The translations under genes were made by a program, and so were the position numbers. From IMG/VR virus record IMGVR_UViG_3300028591_000075, positions 64,001-128,000 of that record: a stretch of 64,000 nt of DNA; one strand, written 5' to 3'. Source of the stretch: a virus (Duplodnaviria; Caudoviricetes). This document shows, one piece after another, positions 1-10,701 of the stretch (position 1 is its first letter; each line of letters starts with the position of its first letter). Under the pieces are notes generated by a model. That model was given only the letters and a program-made list of their open reading frames with translations. It was not told the origin of the DNA and made no database searches.

Positions 1-1
1 T

Positions 2-3000
2 GTGGGCATCCGGACTATCGACCGGGAGAGCCTTACCATTACCGATTTGCACCTGGTCAGATTCCTCACCATCGGAGCCGGTAACCATGTGAATACCCGG
101 AATATCCGAACGTGCAATCAAGCGGATGGTGCCATCATCAATGCTGCCACCCATAGGTGTCTTACCGGCATCGATAGACACTGCACCGATGGAAGACCTC
201 AGATACTTGCGCAATTCGGCCATATCGTAGTTTTCCATGTCATGCGCATACGTTTCCGCAAAATGAGCCTGGGCATTCGGATTAGTAGACGAATTCACAT
301 CATCGCAGAACTGGTCGATACTTCCAGTGAAGCCGGCGTTAGACCTAAGGTCTTCCTTGACCATACGCTTCTGTGCAGTAGGCATATTAACATCGAGAGT
401 GCTCAGCTTCTTCTGAACCGTTCCCATAATGGCATCCAGCGATTCACGGTTAGCCTGGGTAATTGCACTTACACCATGGTCACCGTCCTCCGAGCGCATT
501 CTGCGGTTCTGTTCATTCACGGAGCCTACGCTAGGCATCTTGGGCATGCCAAGGTTCTTCTCCATCTCCTGTGCCCTACGTGCAGCAGGGCCGCGCAGCG
601 CGGTCTTCTTCGGGTTGGCACGCTCCTTGGAGTAATCCATGATTGCATCAGGAATTGCCGAGTGAGATGTACGCATCCGGTCAAGCACGTCGTCAATCAC
701 CTCACGCGGGTCTCCACTGGTGTTATCCAGCAGACGCATGTTGTTGACGATGAACTGTTCCGCCTTTGCGCCGAGCACGCTCTCGACATACCTCACACCC
801 CAGCCAGCCTTCTGTTTAAGTGCTGCGACTTCGGGGCTCGGGGTATATGCATTGCCCTGCTTCTCCATTGCCGCCTTCTTTCGTTCCTCAGAATCCTCGA
901 CCTGGTGATACTTATAGATATCGCAGATGGCATTGGCAATCTGTTCGTATGTCTTGGCCTCTTCGGCATCGACACTGGCAGCAGCCTTATAGCGTTCCCT
1001 AGGATTGGAACCGAATGCATTCACAATCCGGTCAATCATCGCATTTTTAAGGGCGCTCTTCTCGTTGACGGAACCGTCAATCTTCTCCTGCACATACTTC
1101 TTGCCAAGTTCTTCCTGCATGTACGCAACGGCATCAGGACCACCGATTTCACCCAGCGCCTTAAAGCCTTCATCACGCATTTCCTGACGTTCCTTGTCAT
1201 TCCTTGCGTTAAAGCCCAAGATCTGGGTGACTGCATCAGCCAACCTGTCATCGGCCTTTACACCACGGTCAGGATACTGCCCAGTCAAATTCTTGATGTA
1301 CTCATCAGAATCATATTGGGCACCGGCAGTAGCATCCGCATTCAAGTCCTCGGCCATGTTATGGAGATGAGCCTCATGACCGGCGTTACGTTCAGCCGGA
1401 TCCAAGGCGGCAAAGATTGTCGCCGCATGACCGGATGCAAGGTTACCAGCCAAGCTGAAGAACGTTTCAGAAATGCGTTCCATCATTTCCGGATTGTTCT
1501 TACGCATCGGGCCAAAGGTACCATTGGACAGCAACCTATCCGTCATCTGGTAACGGATGGCCTTGACAATACCATCGATAACCGCCTTGTTCTTCAGCAT
1601 CGCAGCAAGACGCTTCCCGGACAGCATACCGGCACTCTTACCGAAAGCCATCTCGGCGTAGGTCTTTCCAGCAAACGGCCCATTCACGCATGTCTCGTCG
1701 AGTGCAAGCGTTTCAAGAAGGGCACCAAAGGGCATCTTCGGGTTCGTCTGGGTCATAGAAGCAAACCTGCTAACCAGCTTGCTGTATTCGGCATCCCCTT
1801 CCGACTCGCAATCCAGAATTGCTCCGTATGCGGCAGCCGCTTCCGCATTCGGCGCGTAGCTACGGTTGATTTCGCTTTCAGCACGATGCGTCTTGTTGTA
1901 GGCAGCATGCTTTGCAGCACGAATCGTATCCAACTTACGACCGTAACCTTCAGTCGAATGCATACCGAAATCATGGTAAATGGATTCAATTTCGCGGCTA
2001 AGGTTATCGTCGTTGATAACGCTATTCATGGCCGAGTTCAATGTTTCCCTAGCAACATCCGGGTCAACATTTGCATCCGCACTAGAACGCTGCTTGGCAA
2101 CGTCACGCATAGCGGTAGGAATGTTAGACACCGGTGTCTCATGACCGGCATACGGGTTAGGAGTGGCCTGGTTCTTGGTAATGTCGCCCACGCGCAGAAT
2201 GATATGTGCGAATGCCGTACTTGCCTTCGAAATTTCGGCCAAGGTGTTATCAGGGCCAATTTCAAAGCCATCGGTAAGGAATTCGTTCAATTCATGACGC
2301 ATAGCTGCGGTCTCAGGCATGTAACGAGAGCAACGAGTTTTCAGGCCCGTGACAACTTCGTCAACCAGCTTTCTCCATTCATCACCGGCAGCGCTATCAA
2401 CGACAGCACCTGTCGGAGACTGCTGGAATCTCAACCGCATCTTGGAATCCATATACTTGGTAGCGATGTAATCAATCACATCGTCAGCCCACAACGTACG
2501 CACGTTCGCCTTTCCGACATTTGCCAAGTCGGCACCATTCTTCTCGGCAAATTCCTGCAAGTCCTCTCGGGCAGACTGGATATAGTCGGCACATTTCTGA
2601 ACCGCACCCTTATTCAATCCACTGTAAGCAGATTCGCCGTCAGTCAATGGCCTAATGGAACCAATGCTGCCACTGGTATTTCCGACCTTGATAGTATCGA
2701 ACCCCAGCTTGCCGGTCAATCCATCATAAGTACCGCCGTTGGATGGTGTCCAGGTTTTGAAGTTGCTCGCAACCTCTTCACCAACCCCACTCGGATTTTC
2801 ATCTGGCGCTTCCAGTTCCTGACCAGCATCATCCAGGGAAACGGTATCATTCGTATCCATATCGGACAATTTCCTGGGCGAAGTATGGAAGAAGTGAACC
2901 ACCTTGTTCTTCAGGTCTTCGAGGTTCTTTGCACCCTCGACGGCGCCAATAGCGGCAGCGGCCAATTCAGCATAAGCGGCATGTTCGCCACTATCGCCAA

Positions 3001-6000
3001 TGATCGAACCGCGGAATGCATCAGTCAAGGCATTGATGAGAGCGCCATTCCCGGTCAGTTGACGCAGGATAGCACGGCGCTGTTCCATCTTGGGAAGCGT
3101 CTTTTGCTTCATCAATGCGGCCATGGCCTTGTCAATAGCCTTTGTATTGACACCAGACATGAGCCATGGCTTAACACTCTCGGTAACCGGACCACGAACA
3201 ATCAGGTTGGCCAGCGCCGAGTACAGGCTTGCGTAAATCTTACCAAGTTCAGCATATTTGCCATTCGGCTGAACGATAGCCTTTTCAGCCTGCTGTTCCA
3301 AAGATGTCTTTGCCGCAGCATCTACCGGCACACGATCCAGCAACTGTGCAGCCGCGTCGGCGAGCGCAGCATTGCGTCCACGCTCTCCCACCATGGTAGA
3401 AGCATTCAAAATTGTTTCGGCAGTCTTGATAATGCCCTGCTCCGTTTCACGCTGGGCAGCAATCGCCCCATTCGTATCACGGAAACGTCCAATGGGTTCG
3501 GCATTTCCAGCAGAATTAAAGGATACCGAGATTCGGTTACCTTCATCATACTTACCGCCGGAATACATGCCTATCACATCAAGACCATGATACCCATATC
3601 CGGTAGCAATACTGTTGGCCGCACCACACAGGTCTTGCAGGAACGCCCTAAATGCAACCAAGGTATCATGTTCATCATTGTCATAAGCAGCCGAAATCTC
3701 AGCTGGAATGTTCTTACTGTTGAGCGTAGTGAACAAGTCGGTCGCGAATTCCTTACCATAGCTCTGCACGAGTTTCCTGGTATTGTCAGCTTCTTCGGCA
3801 CTGGATGTAGCATCCAGGTGATTAGCAGACATGACAGCCGCATATTCCTTGGCTCGTTCTGCAACCATTTGTAGCAATTCTTCACTAGAAGCGTCGGACA
3901 CCATGGCAGGAATACTACCATACACATCCCTGAATGCGAACCTGACCGGAGCACCAAGGTTCTGCACCACATTGCCAATATACTGGTTCAAGTCAGCATC
4001 GTATGCCTCAATGTTGGCGATGATTGAATAGGCATGCAGGGTCTTTTCATCAAACGAGCGAACCGCATCGGCATTGCTGAATTTCTGTCCCGCCTTAGTC
4101 GGGGGAAGCGTTGCAGCCAATTCCTGCTTGCTAAGTTCAGGAACCTCGAATGTATCGCGACCACTCAGGTCAACCGCCGGATTACGGTCATTCAATGACG
4201 ATATGGCACCGGAGGCGATGTCCTCACCCTCAGCAACCCTGGCGGAATGCAATTCCTGGTCCTCATCATTCATGTATTCCATCTTATTATCGACCATACG
4301 AGTATATGGAACGATACCTTTCCAGATGGTATAGGTCGTGAACGATTCGCTACTGTCATAGAACGGGAACAGAACCGGCATAGTGTAATTGTCGGCACCT
4401 TCCACATCGCCATGATTGAGCTTTACGACAGCATCACCCATCTTGATATCGAGTTCCCCATTCGTCTTGTTATCCGACAAGACCTGGTACTTGCCAGGAT
4501 AACGCTTAACAGCCCTAAGCACTCGGCTAGTAATCTCGCCACGTTCGACACTGGTCTTACGAAGCAAGATTTCATCACCGGTACCGGCAACACCAGGATA
4601 CTCCGACTTGCCATCCTGGAATACCTGGCTCAGGATATTGTTCGATACCTCATCGCCAGCCTCAGCACGAAGCGCGGCGACACCCTGGTCATGAACCTGA
4701 ACAGCGGCGCGTACATCACGGGACAAGCTGGCGATCTTGGCATTGATTTCATCGCGCATGTATTCGGTATAATCCGAGTCTTCTTCATCCTCAGCCTTCG
4801 GGCGAAGGGACACGCCGAATAGCTTAGCCATTTTCTCGTAACCGCGCACAATGTCATTGATGTCGTTCAAACGGACACCACCACGCTTCTTCATGAAACG
4901 GGCGCAATCCTTTGCGAACAATGGCTTCAAGTATTGCGGCGCCACCGGTGCGCCACTGAGGTCCAAGCTCGGATTGGCGATATTCAAGGCAAGGTACTCG
5001 CTCCTACCTTCGCCGGTCTGATATTCAGTTTCATCGGGAAGACCTTCACCCTCAATCCAGTCCTGAACATATCCAGCCGTATCAGGTACGCTCTTCGAAT
5101 GGTCAGGCGGCTTGGGGCTAGGGTTGGACGACCAGTACCAGTCGGCATAGTCGGAAGCAGCATCCTTGGCTTCGAGACTATGTTCAAGAATACCACTACC
5201 ATAGGTTTCGGACATGCGGCATGCGATATATGCATAAATTTCAGCATCGCTGATGGTGCTATGGTCCGATTCATTCGGCTGATTGCCCTTGTTGTAGCTA
5301 AACCCAACAGCCTTCGGCTGGAGATAGCGCTCAACCGGATTTCCATCCTTGTCGGTTTCGACAGCGGACAACGGCTTGCTAGAGGTCAATTCACTGACAT
5401 ACTGTTGACGGTATGTATTCATCATGTTGCCGAAGTCATCCAACAGCGGCATCGAATTGCGCTTGCTTTCGATATGCGACACCAGGTCGTAAAGGTAGGC
5501 GCCAAACTTGGAACCAAGTGTCTTCAAGCGTTCCGGGTTGTTCAGTATGCCAATCACGGTCTTACGAGCTTCCCTGGTCGTATTGTAGTTATAGTCACTC
5601 AACTTCTGGGAGGATACTGCCTGCTGCCTACGCAGAGCAGGATCGCCCTTACGCCCAAACGGAACGATACGGCGAGAAGCCGGGTCATAGCGGAACCCCG
5701 CGTCCGACTCGATATCCTTGACATTCGGATTGCGATAGGACCTGGCAATGTCACCGGTCACTGCTTCGGCGATGAGGTCGAAGTATTCCGGGTCATCGTT
5801 CCGGTGGAACGCTGCATAAATGACGGAGGCCAGGCTCGGTGGAAACCTCAATGTGTCATCTTTAGTATTGACGCGATATACAGGAGAATCATCGGTTGAC
5901 TTGGTAAACACCAGGGCCAACTTGTGCATGGCATATAACGCATTCCTGATTCCGTCGATATCCTGCTGCGGGGCATTGATCGCTTCGAGTATTGGACGAT

Positions 6001-6007
6001 TGTTCAT
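2..6007 (-). CDS. Giant hypothetical protein (>2002 aa, runs off the window), probable virion/internal protein
   Basis: ATG at 6007 (MNNRPILEAINAPQQ...) and an open frame to the window edge. The + strand ORFs 2-3874, 4247-4822 and 4934-5899 are its in-register antisense shadows. TATAAACT lies upstream at 6049-6042. Absent from the ORF track because there is no stop in the window. Confidence 0.88.
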   Translation of the reverse strand, partial: MNNRPILEAINAPQQDIDGIRNALYAMHKLALVFTKSTDDSPVYRVNTKDDTLRFPPSLASVIYAAFHRNDDPEYFDLIAEAVTGDIARSYRNPNVKDIESDAGFRYDPASRRIVPFGRKGDPALRRQQAVSSQKLSDYNYNTTREARKTVIGILNNPERLKTLGSKFGAYLYDLVSHIESKRNSMPLLDDFGNMMNTYRQQYVSELTSSKPLSAVETDKDGNPVERYLQPKAVGFSYNKGNQPNESDHSTISDAEIYAYIACRMSETYGSGILEHSLEAKDAASDYADWYWSSNPSPKPPDHSKSVPDTAGYVQDWIEGEGLPDETEYQTGEGRSEYLALNIANPSLDLSGAPVAPQYLKPLFAKDCARFMKKRGGVRLNDINDIVRGYEKMAKLFGVSLRPKAEDEEDSDYTEYMRDEINAKIASLSRDVRAAVQVHDQGVAALRAEAGDEVSNNILSQVFQDGKSEYPGVAGTGDEILLRKTSVERGEITSRVLRAVKRYPGKYQVLSDNKTNGELDIKMGDAVVKLNHGDVEGADNYTMPVLFPFYDSSESFTTYTIWKGIVPYTRMVDNKMEYMNDEDQELHSARVAEGEDIASGAISSLNDRNPAVDLSGRDTFEVPELSKQELAATLPPTKAGQKFSNADAVRSFDEKTLHAYSIIANIEAYDADLNQYIGNVVQNLGAPVRFAFRDVYGSIPAMVSDASSEELLQMVAERAKEYAAVMSANHLDATSSAEEADNTRKLVQSYGKEFATDLFTTLNSKNIPAEISAAYDNDEHDTLVAFRAFLQDLCGAANSIATGYGYHGLDVIGMYSGGKYDEGNRISVSFNSAGNAEPIGRFRDTNGAIAAQRETEQGIIKTAETILNASTMVGERGRNAALADAAAQLLDRVPVDAAAKTSLEQQAEKAIVQPNGKYAELGKIYASLYSALANLIVRGPVTESVKPWLMSGVNTKAIDKAMAALMKQKTLPKMEQRRAILRQLTGNGALINALTDAFRGSIIGDSGEHAAYAELAAAAIGAVEGAKNLEDLKNKVVHFFHTSPRKLSDMDTNDTVSLDDAGQELEAPDENPSGVGEEVASNFKTWTPSNGGTYDGLTGKLGFDTIKVGNTSGSIGSIRPLTDGESAYSGLNKGAVQKCADYIQSAREDLQEFAEKNGADLANVGKANVRTLWADDVIDYIATKYMDSKMRLRFQQSPTGAVVDSAAGDEWRKLVDEVVTGLKTRCSRYMPETAAMRHELNEFLTDGFEIGPDNTLAEISKASTAFAHIILRVGDITKNQATPNPYAGHETPVSNIPTAMRDVAKQRSSADANVDPDVARETLNSAMNSVINDDNLSREIESIYHDFGMHSTEGYGRKLDTIRAAKHAAYNKTHRAESEINRSYAPNAEAAAAYGAILDCESEGDAEYSKLVSRFASMTQTNPKMPFGALLETLALDETCVNGPFAGKTYAEMAFGKSAGMLSGKRLAAMLKNKAVIDGIVKAIRYQMTDRLLSNGTFGPMRKNNPEMMERISETFFSLAGNLASGHAATIFAALDPAERNAGHEAHLHNMAEDLNADATAGAQYDSDEYIKNLTGQYPDRGVKADDRLADAVTQILGFNARNDKERQEMRDEGFKALGEIGGPDAVAYMQEELGKKYVQEKIDGSVNEKSALKNAMIDRIVNAFGSNPRERYKAAASVDAEEAKTYEQIANAICDIYKYHQVEDSEERKKAAMEKQGNAYTPSPEVAALKQKAGWGVRYVESVLGAKAEQFIVNNMRLLDNTSGDPREVIDDVLDRMRTSHSAIPDAIMDYSKERANPKKTALRGPAARRAQEMEKNLGMPKMPSVGSVNEQNRRMRSEDGDHGVSAITQANRESLDAIMGTVQKKLSTLDVNMPTAQKRMVKEDLRSNAGFTGSIDQFCDDVNSSTNPNAQAHFAETYAHDMENYDMAELRKYLRSSIGAVSIDAGKTPMGGSIDDGTIRLIARSDIPGIHMVTGSDGEESDQVQIGNGKALPVDSPDAH

Positions 6008-6041
6008 CGAGATAACCTTGTGAAACTTGTTATTTGCAGGT

Positions 6042-6110
6042 AGTTTATAGAAATGTCGAAAAAACAATCCGCCCATATATCAAATTTATGGGTGCAATGC
6101 CCTATAAACT
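6042..6110. promoter_or_regulatory. Divergent pair of TATAAACT (late-type) promoter motifs
   Basis: AGTTTATA at 6042-6049 (minus) and TATAAACT at 6103-6110 (plus). The same motif precedes many genes in the window. Confidence 0.7.
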
Positions 6111-6131
6111 GTCGGTATATAGAGGAATGCC

Positions 6132-8627
6132 ATGAAACCCATAAAAGATGCGACGCCGTTCGAACTCCTTGATGAGAGATTAGACAATAATCCGTACTTT
6201 AAGCGCGAATATCCCATGGTTCGCGGTGGGTCACCTCTTTGCTGGGCTTTCTATGTACAGATGGTTCCGACCCTGTGTGAACAGGAAGTCATAAACAATT
6301 TCTTCCAGAACCTGTCACATCCGGAAGACCCACTCTTCCAGCACCTGAATGACCTCGTACTGGAACCCCATAAGCATAAGGATCTTGCGGTCTATCTGTT
6401 AAAGACGTATCAGCTTCTTGACGCAAGCATGTGCAGTGATATTGAGGAATTTGCCAATGCATTCACCAACGCGCTCGAAACCATATATGGAGAACGGGAT
6501 GACTTCGCAATGCCAACCGATAACCCGATTTGGGAAGCTACTGTATCCAATGTCCCATCGGCACCACGTTCAATGGCAATTCTAGGTCTTTTTATCGATG
6601 ATTTTTCCCCGGATAATCTCGAAGCCACATTGCATAACCAGATACCATCTCAACGAATGTACAGCAATCCTTCCACATCGGAACGTGTGGTAGAAGTTGA
6701 GAAGCAGAGGATGTATGCAGCTCGCGTGGCCGCGCTTACACAGATTTTTAAGCTCTGCGATACAATTTTCAACGAAGAAAAACATGAGCTGGATCCGCAG
6801 ACGCTGTCCATTATTGTAGAAGACATCAACAATAAGTACATGAATACACCGGAACTTCCGGATTGGGCCATCGACACTCCCGCATCGAAACCCGATATAC
6901 CGGACACAACAGCAATCGAACCTCCTGTCCCGAAAGTGGAGCCGAAGGTGGAACCGAATCCTGTTGTACCCCCTGCACCGAAGGTTGAACCTAAACCTGC
7001 TGCCCTCCCGGCACCGAAGGTGGAGCCGAATCCTGTTGTACCCCCTGCACCGAAGGTTGAACCTAAACCTGCTGCCCTCCCGGCACCGAAGGTGGAGCCG
7101 AAACCCGTTGTACCACCCGCGTCAAAGGTTGAACCTAAACCTGCTGCCCTCCCGGCACCAAAGGTGGAGCCGAAACCTGTTGTGCCCCCTGCACCGAAGG
7201 TGGAACCAAAGCCTGCTGCCCTCCCGGCACCAAAGGTTGAACCAAAACCTGCTGCACTGCCAGCTCCAAAGGTTGAACCAAAACCAGCTGTACCCCCTGC
7301 ACCAAAGGTGGAGCCGAAGCCTGCTGTACCCCCTGCGCCAAAGGTGGAGCCGAAACCTGCTGTACCTCCTGCACCAAAGGTGGAGCCGAAACCGGTCGTC
7401 CCCACAGGTGATGTCGTAGTGTCAGAAGAACCGGCACCCGCTGCTCCGGCTGCTCCTGCCGCTACTCCGGCTCCGGCTGCCCCTGCTGCTGGTGGTGATA
7501 GCGATTTGGGTGGCATTGTTATTGATGAGCCTGAACCGGAAGAAATTCCACCCGAAGAACCCGCTGCTGATGAAGACTCTAGTAGCTTGGACGGCAATAT
7601 GGACGAAGGCGCCTTGCCACCGGGTACCCCGGCATCGCCCGCCCGTCGCATCAACGTCCCACAGCGTGTACTCATGGAAATTTACAACCATGCAAGTTCC
7701 AGGGACCAGATTACCGACGCGCTCCGCCATGTCGAACAAGATATCATGGATAACACCCCGAACGCACAGTTCCTTGTGCGCTTTGTTCCCGGTGTTACCC
7801 AGGAAATCATCAAGGACATCTTGGTCAACCGTACCGCCAGTGGGCGGTATATCAACCGTTCTACCGGTCGTACCGGTGACGCCATCCCGCATACGAACCT
7901 GACCGGCGGTACCACCTACACCGCCGGCACCAGGACCAGGGCTCTCGGTCCGGTCGAGGTTCCGCCTGGATTTGCCCAGGAAAATTCCTCTGTCCTGTGG
8001 GATGAACCCGTCATCACGACTATGGGTTATCCATTCATCAACTTCGGTGCCCCCGAGATTTACACCATCCTGAAAGACAAGGATGAAAAGCGCGTAAAGC
8101 AGGCATACAAGAAGTTGAAGAAACAGTTGAAGAAGGTTGGCCTTTCGGACCCAATCAAGGTATTGAAGGACTTCAAGAACTCCGTCGGTGTCCCCTGTGC
8201 CATCAACCGCTTGACAATCGATTCCAACGACCTCCTTGAAACCGGCAACGCGAACGTCCTCGCGACAGTCTACCCGCGTGCCACTTCCACGATGCAGGCC
8301 GCTATCGGAACCATACCCCTTACCAGGGACTTCATCGTGGAAATGTACAAGGTACTTTCCCCGACCAAGGGCGCCAAGATTTACATGGACACCCTGGGCA
8401 TGACCGAGGATGAGTATGCGGATACGCTGAATACGGAAGGCCGTCCGCCTATCTACATATTCATCCCGAAGGAAAAGCTCCGGTTCAAGAAGGCCCCGGC
8501 TGGCTTTATCGCCCGTCTGTTCACCAGCAACAAGAAGCCTACCCTGGTCGAGGCCAAAATTGGCACCCATTCGGGCGGCTTCGTGATGCCGTTCAAGACG
8601 ACAAGGATACTTTTCACCGAAGTATAG
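6132..8627 (+). CDS. Hypothetical 831-aa protein with a PEVK-like tandem repeat; C-terminal domain paralogous to 13097-15079
   Basis: GAGG SD and TATAAACT upstream; shared C-terminal motifs GxPxIN, AYKxxKKQLK, GxPC, GxPPxY. Confidence 0.85.
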   Translation: MKPIKDATPFELLDERLDNNPYFKREYPMVRGGSPLCWAFYVQMVPTLCEQEVINNFFQNLSHPEDPLFQHLNDLVLEPHKHKDLAVYLLKTYQLLDASMCSDIEEFANAFTNALETIYGERDDFAMPTDNPIWEATVSNVPSAPRSMAILGLFIDDFSPDNLEATLHNQIPSQRMYSNPSTSERVVEVEKQRMYAARVAALTQIFKLCDTIFNEEKHELDPQTLSIIVEDINNKYMNTPELPDWAIDTPASKPDIPDTTAIEPPVPKVEPKVEPNPVVPPAPKVEPKPAALPAPKVEPNPVVPPAPKVEPKPAALPAPKVEPKPVVPPASKVEPKPAALPAPKVEPKPVVPPAPKVEPKPAALPAPKVEPKPAALPAPKVEPKPAVPPAPKVEPKPAVPPAPKVEPKPAVPPAPKVEPKPVVPTGDVVVSEEPAPAAPAAPAATPAPAAPAAGGDSDLGGIVIDEPEPEEIPPEEPAADEDSSSLDGNMDEGALPPGTPASPARRINVPQRVLMEIYNHASSRDQITDALRHVEQDIMDNTPNAQFLVRFVPGVTQEIIKDILVNRTASGRYINRSTGRTGDAIPHTNLTGGTTYTAGTRTRALGPVEVPPGFAQENSSVLWDEPVITTMGYPFINFGAPEIYTILKDKDEKRVKQAYKKLKKQLKKVGLSDPIKVLKDFKNSVGVPCAINRLTIDSNDLLETGNANVLATVYPRATSTMQAAIGTIPLTRDFIVEMYKVLSPTKGAKIYMDTLGMTEDEYADTLNTEGRPPIYIFIPKEKLRFKKAPAGFIARLFTSNKKPTLVEAKIGTHSGGFVMPFKTTRILFTEV
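6933..7406 (+). repeat. Coding tandem repeat, about 13 x 36 bp (KVEP[K/N]P[AAL/VVP/AVP]PAP)
   Basis: Directly visible; the first eight units alternate between two variants (72-bp higher-order unit). Confidence 0.95.
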
Positions 8628-8641
8628 GATAGTTTCGCATT

Positions 8642-9004
8642 ATGATAGCAGTCAAACACATCGCATCGGCAGTCTATGGTTGTATCATAGGCAACTGGAT
8701 AGAGAACCTGTTCAGGACGTTCACCCACCGTCCAGGTGGTGAACACCGGTTCGTCGTGGTTGCACAGATCCAAACCGGTGAATATATCAAGGTTCTCGAA
8801 ACCGATACCCAGTCGGTCGCACTCGATTTCGAAGGCCAGATTGACGAGACTACCAACACAATTACCGGTTTCACGTTCGACCGACTGATGCCGGGAGACA
8901 AGGAAGAGCTCCAAATCCTTGAAATAATGAACACCGTGCCTGTCGATGCTGAGGAGCGCGACAAGCTTCTGGCTATCATCCACGAGGCAAGAAAATACTG
9001 GTAG
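8642..9004 (+). CDS. Hypothetical protein (leaderless)
   Basis: 120-aa ORF; TAGTTT at 8630-8635 ends 6 nt before the ATG. Confidence 0.75.
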   Translation: MIAVKHIASAVYGCIIGNWIENLFRTFTHRPGGEHRFVVVAQIQTGEYIKVLETDTQSVALDFEGQIDETTNTITGFTFDRLMPGDKEELQILEIMNTVPVDAEERDKLLAIIHEARKYW

Positions 9005-9047
9005 CATTTATATAAACTGAGGGCATTACAGGACCTGAGGTTTTATC

Positions 9048-9881
9048 ATGGTATCCAAGAAACTCCAAGACAAATTTTATGCCGCGCTCGAATCCCTGAA
9101 GGACGGCAAGAACGATTATATCCTCGAAGCTCTTGCCGCCGGTGCAAAGGCAACGTTCGAAGGCCTGCTCACCGGACAAGTGTCGGAGGATGGGACCTAT
9201 ATTCCGTCGAAGGACGAAGTGCCCCGTTCGGCATCAATCGGTCCCGATTCGTGCCCTAGGGTTCTGACCAAGGAAGATATCCAGAGGCTGATTCACGATC
9301 CGGATACTGAAAACGAAGCAGACCCCGAGGAACTGAACTTCGAAGACAACGAAGCCAAGCGTTTCCCGACCTACCCAGGCCAGTTCAGCGAGGAAGAAGA
9401 TCCGTTCTACTCCATGGTTGCCGAGGCTGTCACGAAGCTCGGAAATACCATCAACGAAATGAAAACAGCCGACAACGCCTCCATCATGGAAGCTATCCAC
9501 GAAGGGTTCAGTGCATGTTTCGAAAGCTCCGAAGAACAGAAATCCGAGGCCCGGTTTCCAATAATGTTCGCGGATGAGGACGTTATAGAAGACGCCGAAG
9601 TGGAAAAGGCTAAGTCCGGCGACACGACCGCCCTCGTTGAAAAACTGCGTGCAAAGGCGCACCCCGCCGGAAAGGGATTTGCCAGGCCGGAGGGACGTAT
9701 GTTCACCGAGCATGACCTTGCCGACATCATAGACATGCACACCAGAATGGTTGCACAGGATGAAGAACGCGGCCGGTTTGCAAAATGCATCCTCGATGAC
9801 CCCAACGAGAAGGCATGGTTCTTCGACGACTACAACTCCGAAGGCGCACATACCCCGTGGGCAACCTACATCAAGTGGTGA
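9048..9881 (+). CDS. Acidic hypothetical protein with two copies of the shared E-S/G module
   Basis: TATAAACT at 9011-9018, GAGG SD; modules KFYAALES..ATFEG and NASIMEA..ACFES. Confidence 0.85.
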   Translation: MVSKKLQDKFYAALESLKDGKNDYILEALAAGAKATFEGLLTGQVSEDGTYIPSKDEVPRSASIGPDSCPRVLTKEDIQRLIHDPDTENEADPEELNFEDNEAKRFPTYPGQFSEEEDPFYSMVAEAVTKLGNTINEMKTADNASIMEAIHEGFSACFESSEEQKSEARFPIMFADEDVIEDAEVEKAKSGDTTALVEKLRAKAHPAGKGFARPEGRMFTEHDLADIIDMHTRMVAQDEERGRFAKCILDDPNEKAWFFDDYNSEGAHTPWATYIKW

Positions 9882-9902
9882 TATTTTCATTTCGACTTCA
9901 TC

Positions 9903-9930
9903 AAATCCGCCGGCCCTCCGGTGGATTTTT
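9903..9930 (+). terminator. Intrinsic terminator
   Basis: aaatccgccgg-ccct-ccggtggattt followed by T tract. Confidence 0.7.
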
Positions 9931-9954
9931 AGTATTTTAAGATAGTTTTCCGCC

Positions 9955-10650
9955 ATGAGCATATATGTAGTAGGATCCAAACACAACAATTTCCTTGAAC
10001 TCGACGAGGGCAGGGAAAAGTTCTTAGTAGACGTTCCCCACAAGGGGGACAATATCGACAACCTGAACCCATGGTACTGTGAGCTCACCGCCCTGTACTA
10101 CATGTGGAAGCATTCGACCGCGAACATCATCGGCCTCGAACACTACCGCAGGTTCTTCGCTAACGCCAACAACCAGGGGTGGTCCAGGCTTACTAAGAAC
10201 CAGGCCAACGAGCTTCTCGACAAGTCGGACATCATCGTCACCGAGTTCTTCCACCGGAAGGACTACTCGGCGTTCATGTGGTTCGCCGATGCAAAGTACA
10301 TGAAGTGGCTCGATATATTCCTCTCGGTACTCGAAGAAACCGAGAAGAACCTCGGCACCAGGTTCGCCGATTACCTGAAAGGCCCGTCCCTCATCCAATG
10401 CAACATGTTCATCGGCAAGAAGCCGCTACTGGACAAGTATTGCAAGGACCTTTTCAACCTACTGAAGGCATACGACGAAAAGGCCGGCCTCGATGACAGC
10501 AACCGCCGCATGGACGGATACCTCGCCGAACACTTCTTCGGCTTCTGGTTGTCCCTGGCAAATGCCCGGATGTCCAAGGTCCCGAAACTGGAACTCAGGT
10601 ACCTCCGCACCGGTGTCCCGGAAGGCGAAAAAATCAGAACAATCTACTAA
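9955..10650 (+). CDS. DUF4422 (GT111-like, galactofuranosyltransferase-related) protein
   Basis: Signature GDNIxxLNPxYCELTALY..WK...IGLxHYRRFF, CNMFI and RxxGYLAE. Confidence 0.85.
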   Translation: MSIYVVGSKHNNFLELDEGREKFLVDVPHKGDNIDNLNPWYCELTALYYMWKHSTANIIGLEHYRRFFANANNQGWSRLTKNQANELLDKSDIIVTEFFHRKDYSAFMWFADAKYMKWLDIFLSVLEETEKNLGTRFADYLKGPSLIQCNMFIGKKPLLDKYCKDLFNLLKAYDEKAGLDDSNRRMDGYLAEHFFGFWLSLANARMSKVPKLELRYLRTGVPEGEKIRTIY

Positions 10651-10653
10651 ACA

Positions 10654-10684
10654 GAAAGGCCATCTCGCGAGAGATGGCCTTCTT
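10654..10684. terminator. Bidirectional intrinsic terminator between convergent genes
   Basis: aaggccatctc-gcga-gagatggcctt. Confidence 0.8.
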
Positions 10685-10701
10685 AAATTTTCATCGAACA
10701 A

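Noticed and set aside
2-5899. Long + strand ORFs (1290, 191 and 321 aa)
   Set aside because: In-register antisense shadows of the minus-strand giant gene; unnatural His/Arg/Ile/Cys-rich composition.
6933-7406. 36-bp periodic repeat as a CRISPR array
   Set aside because: No unique spacers; in-frame coding repeat with synonymous variation.
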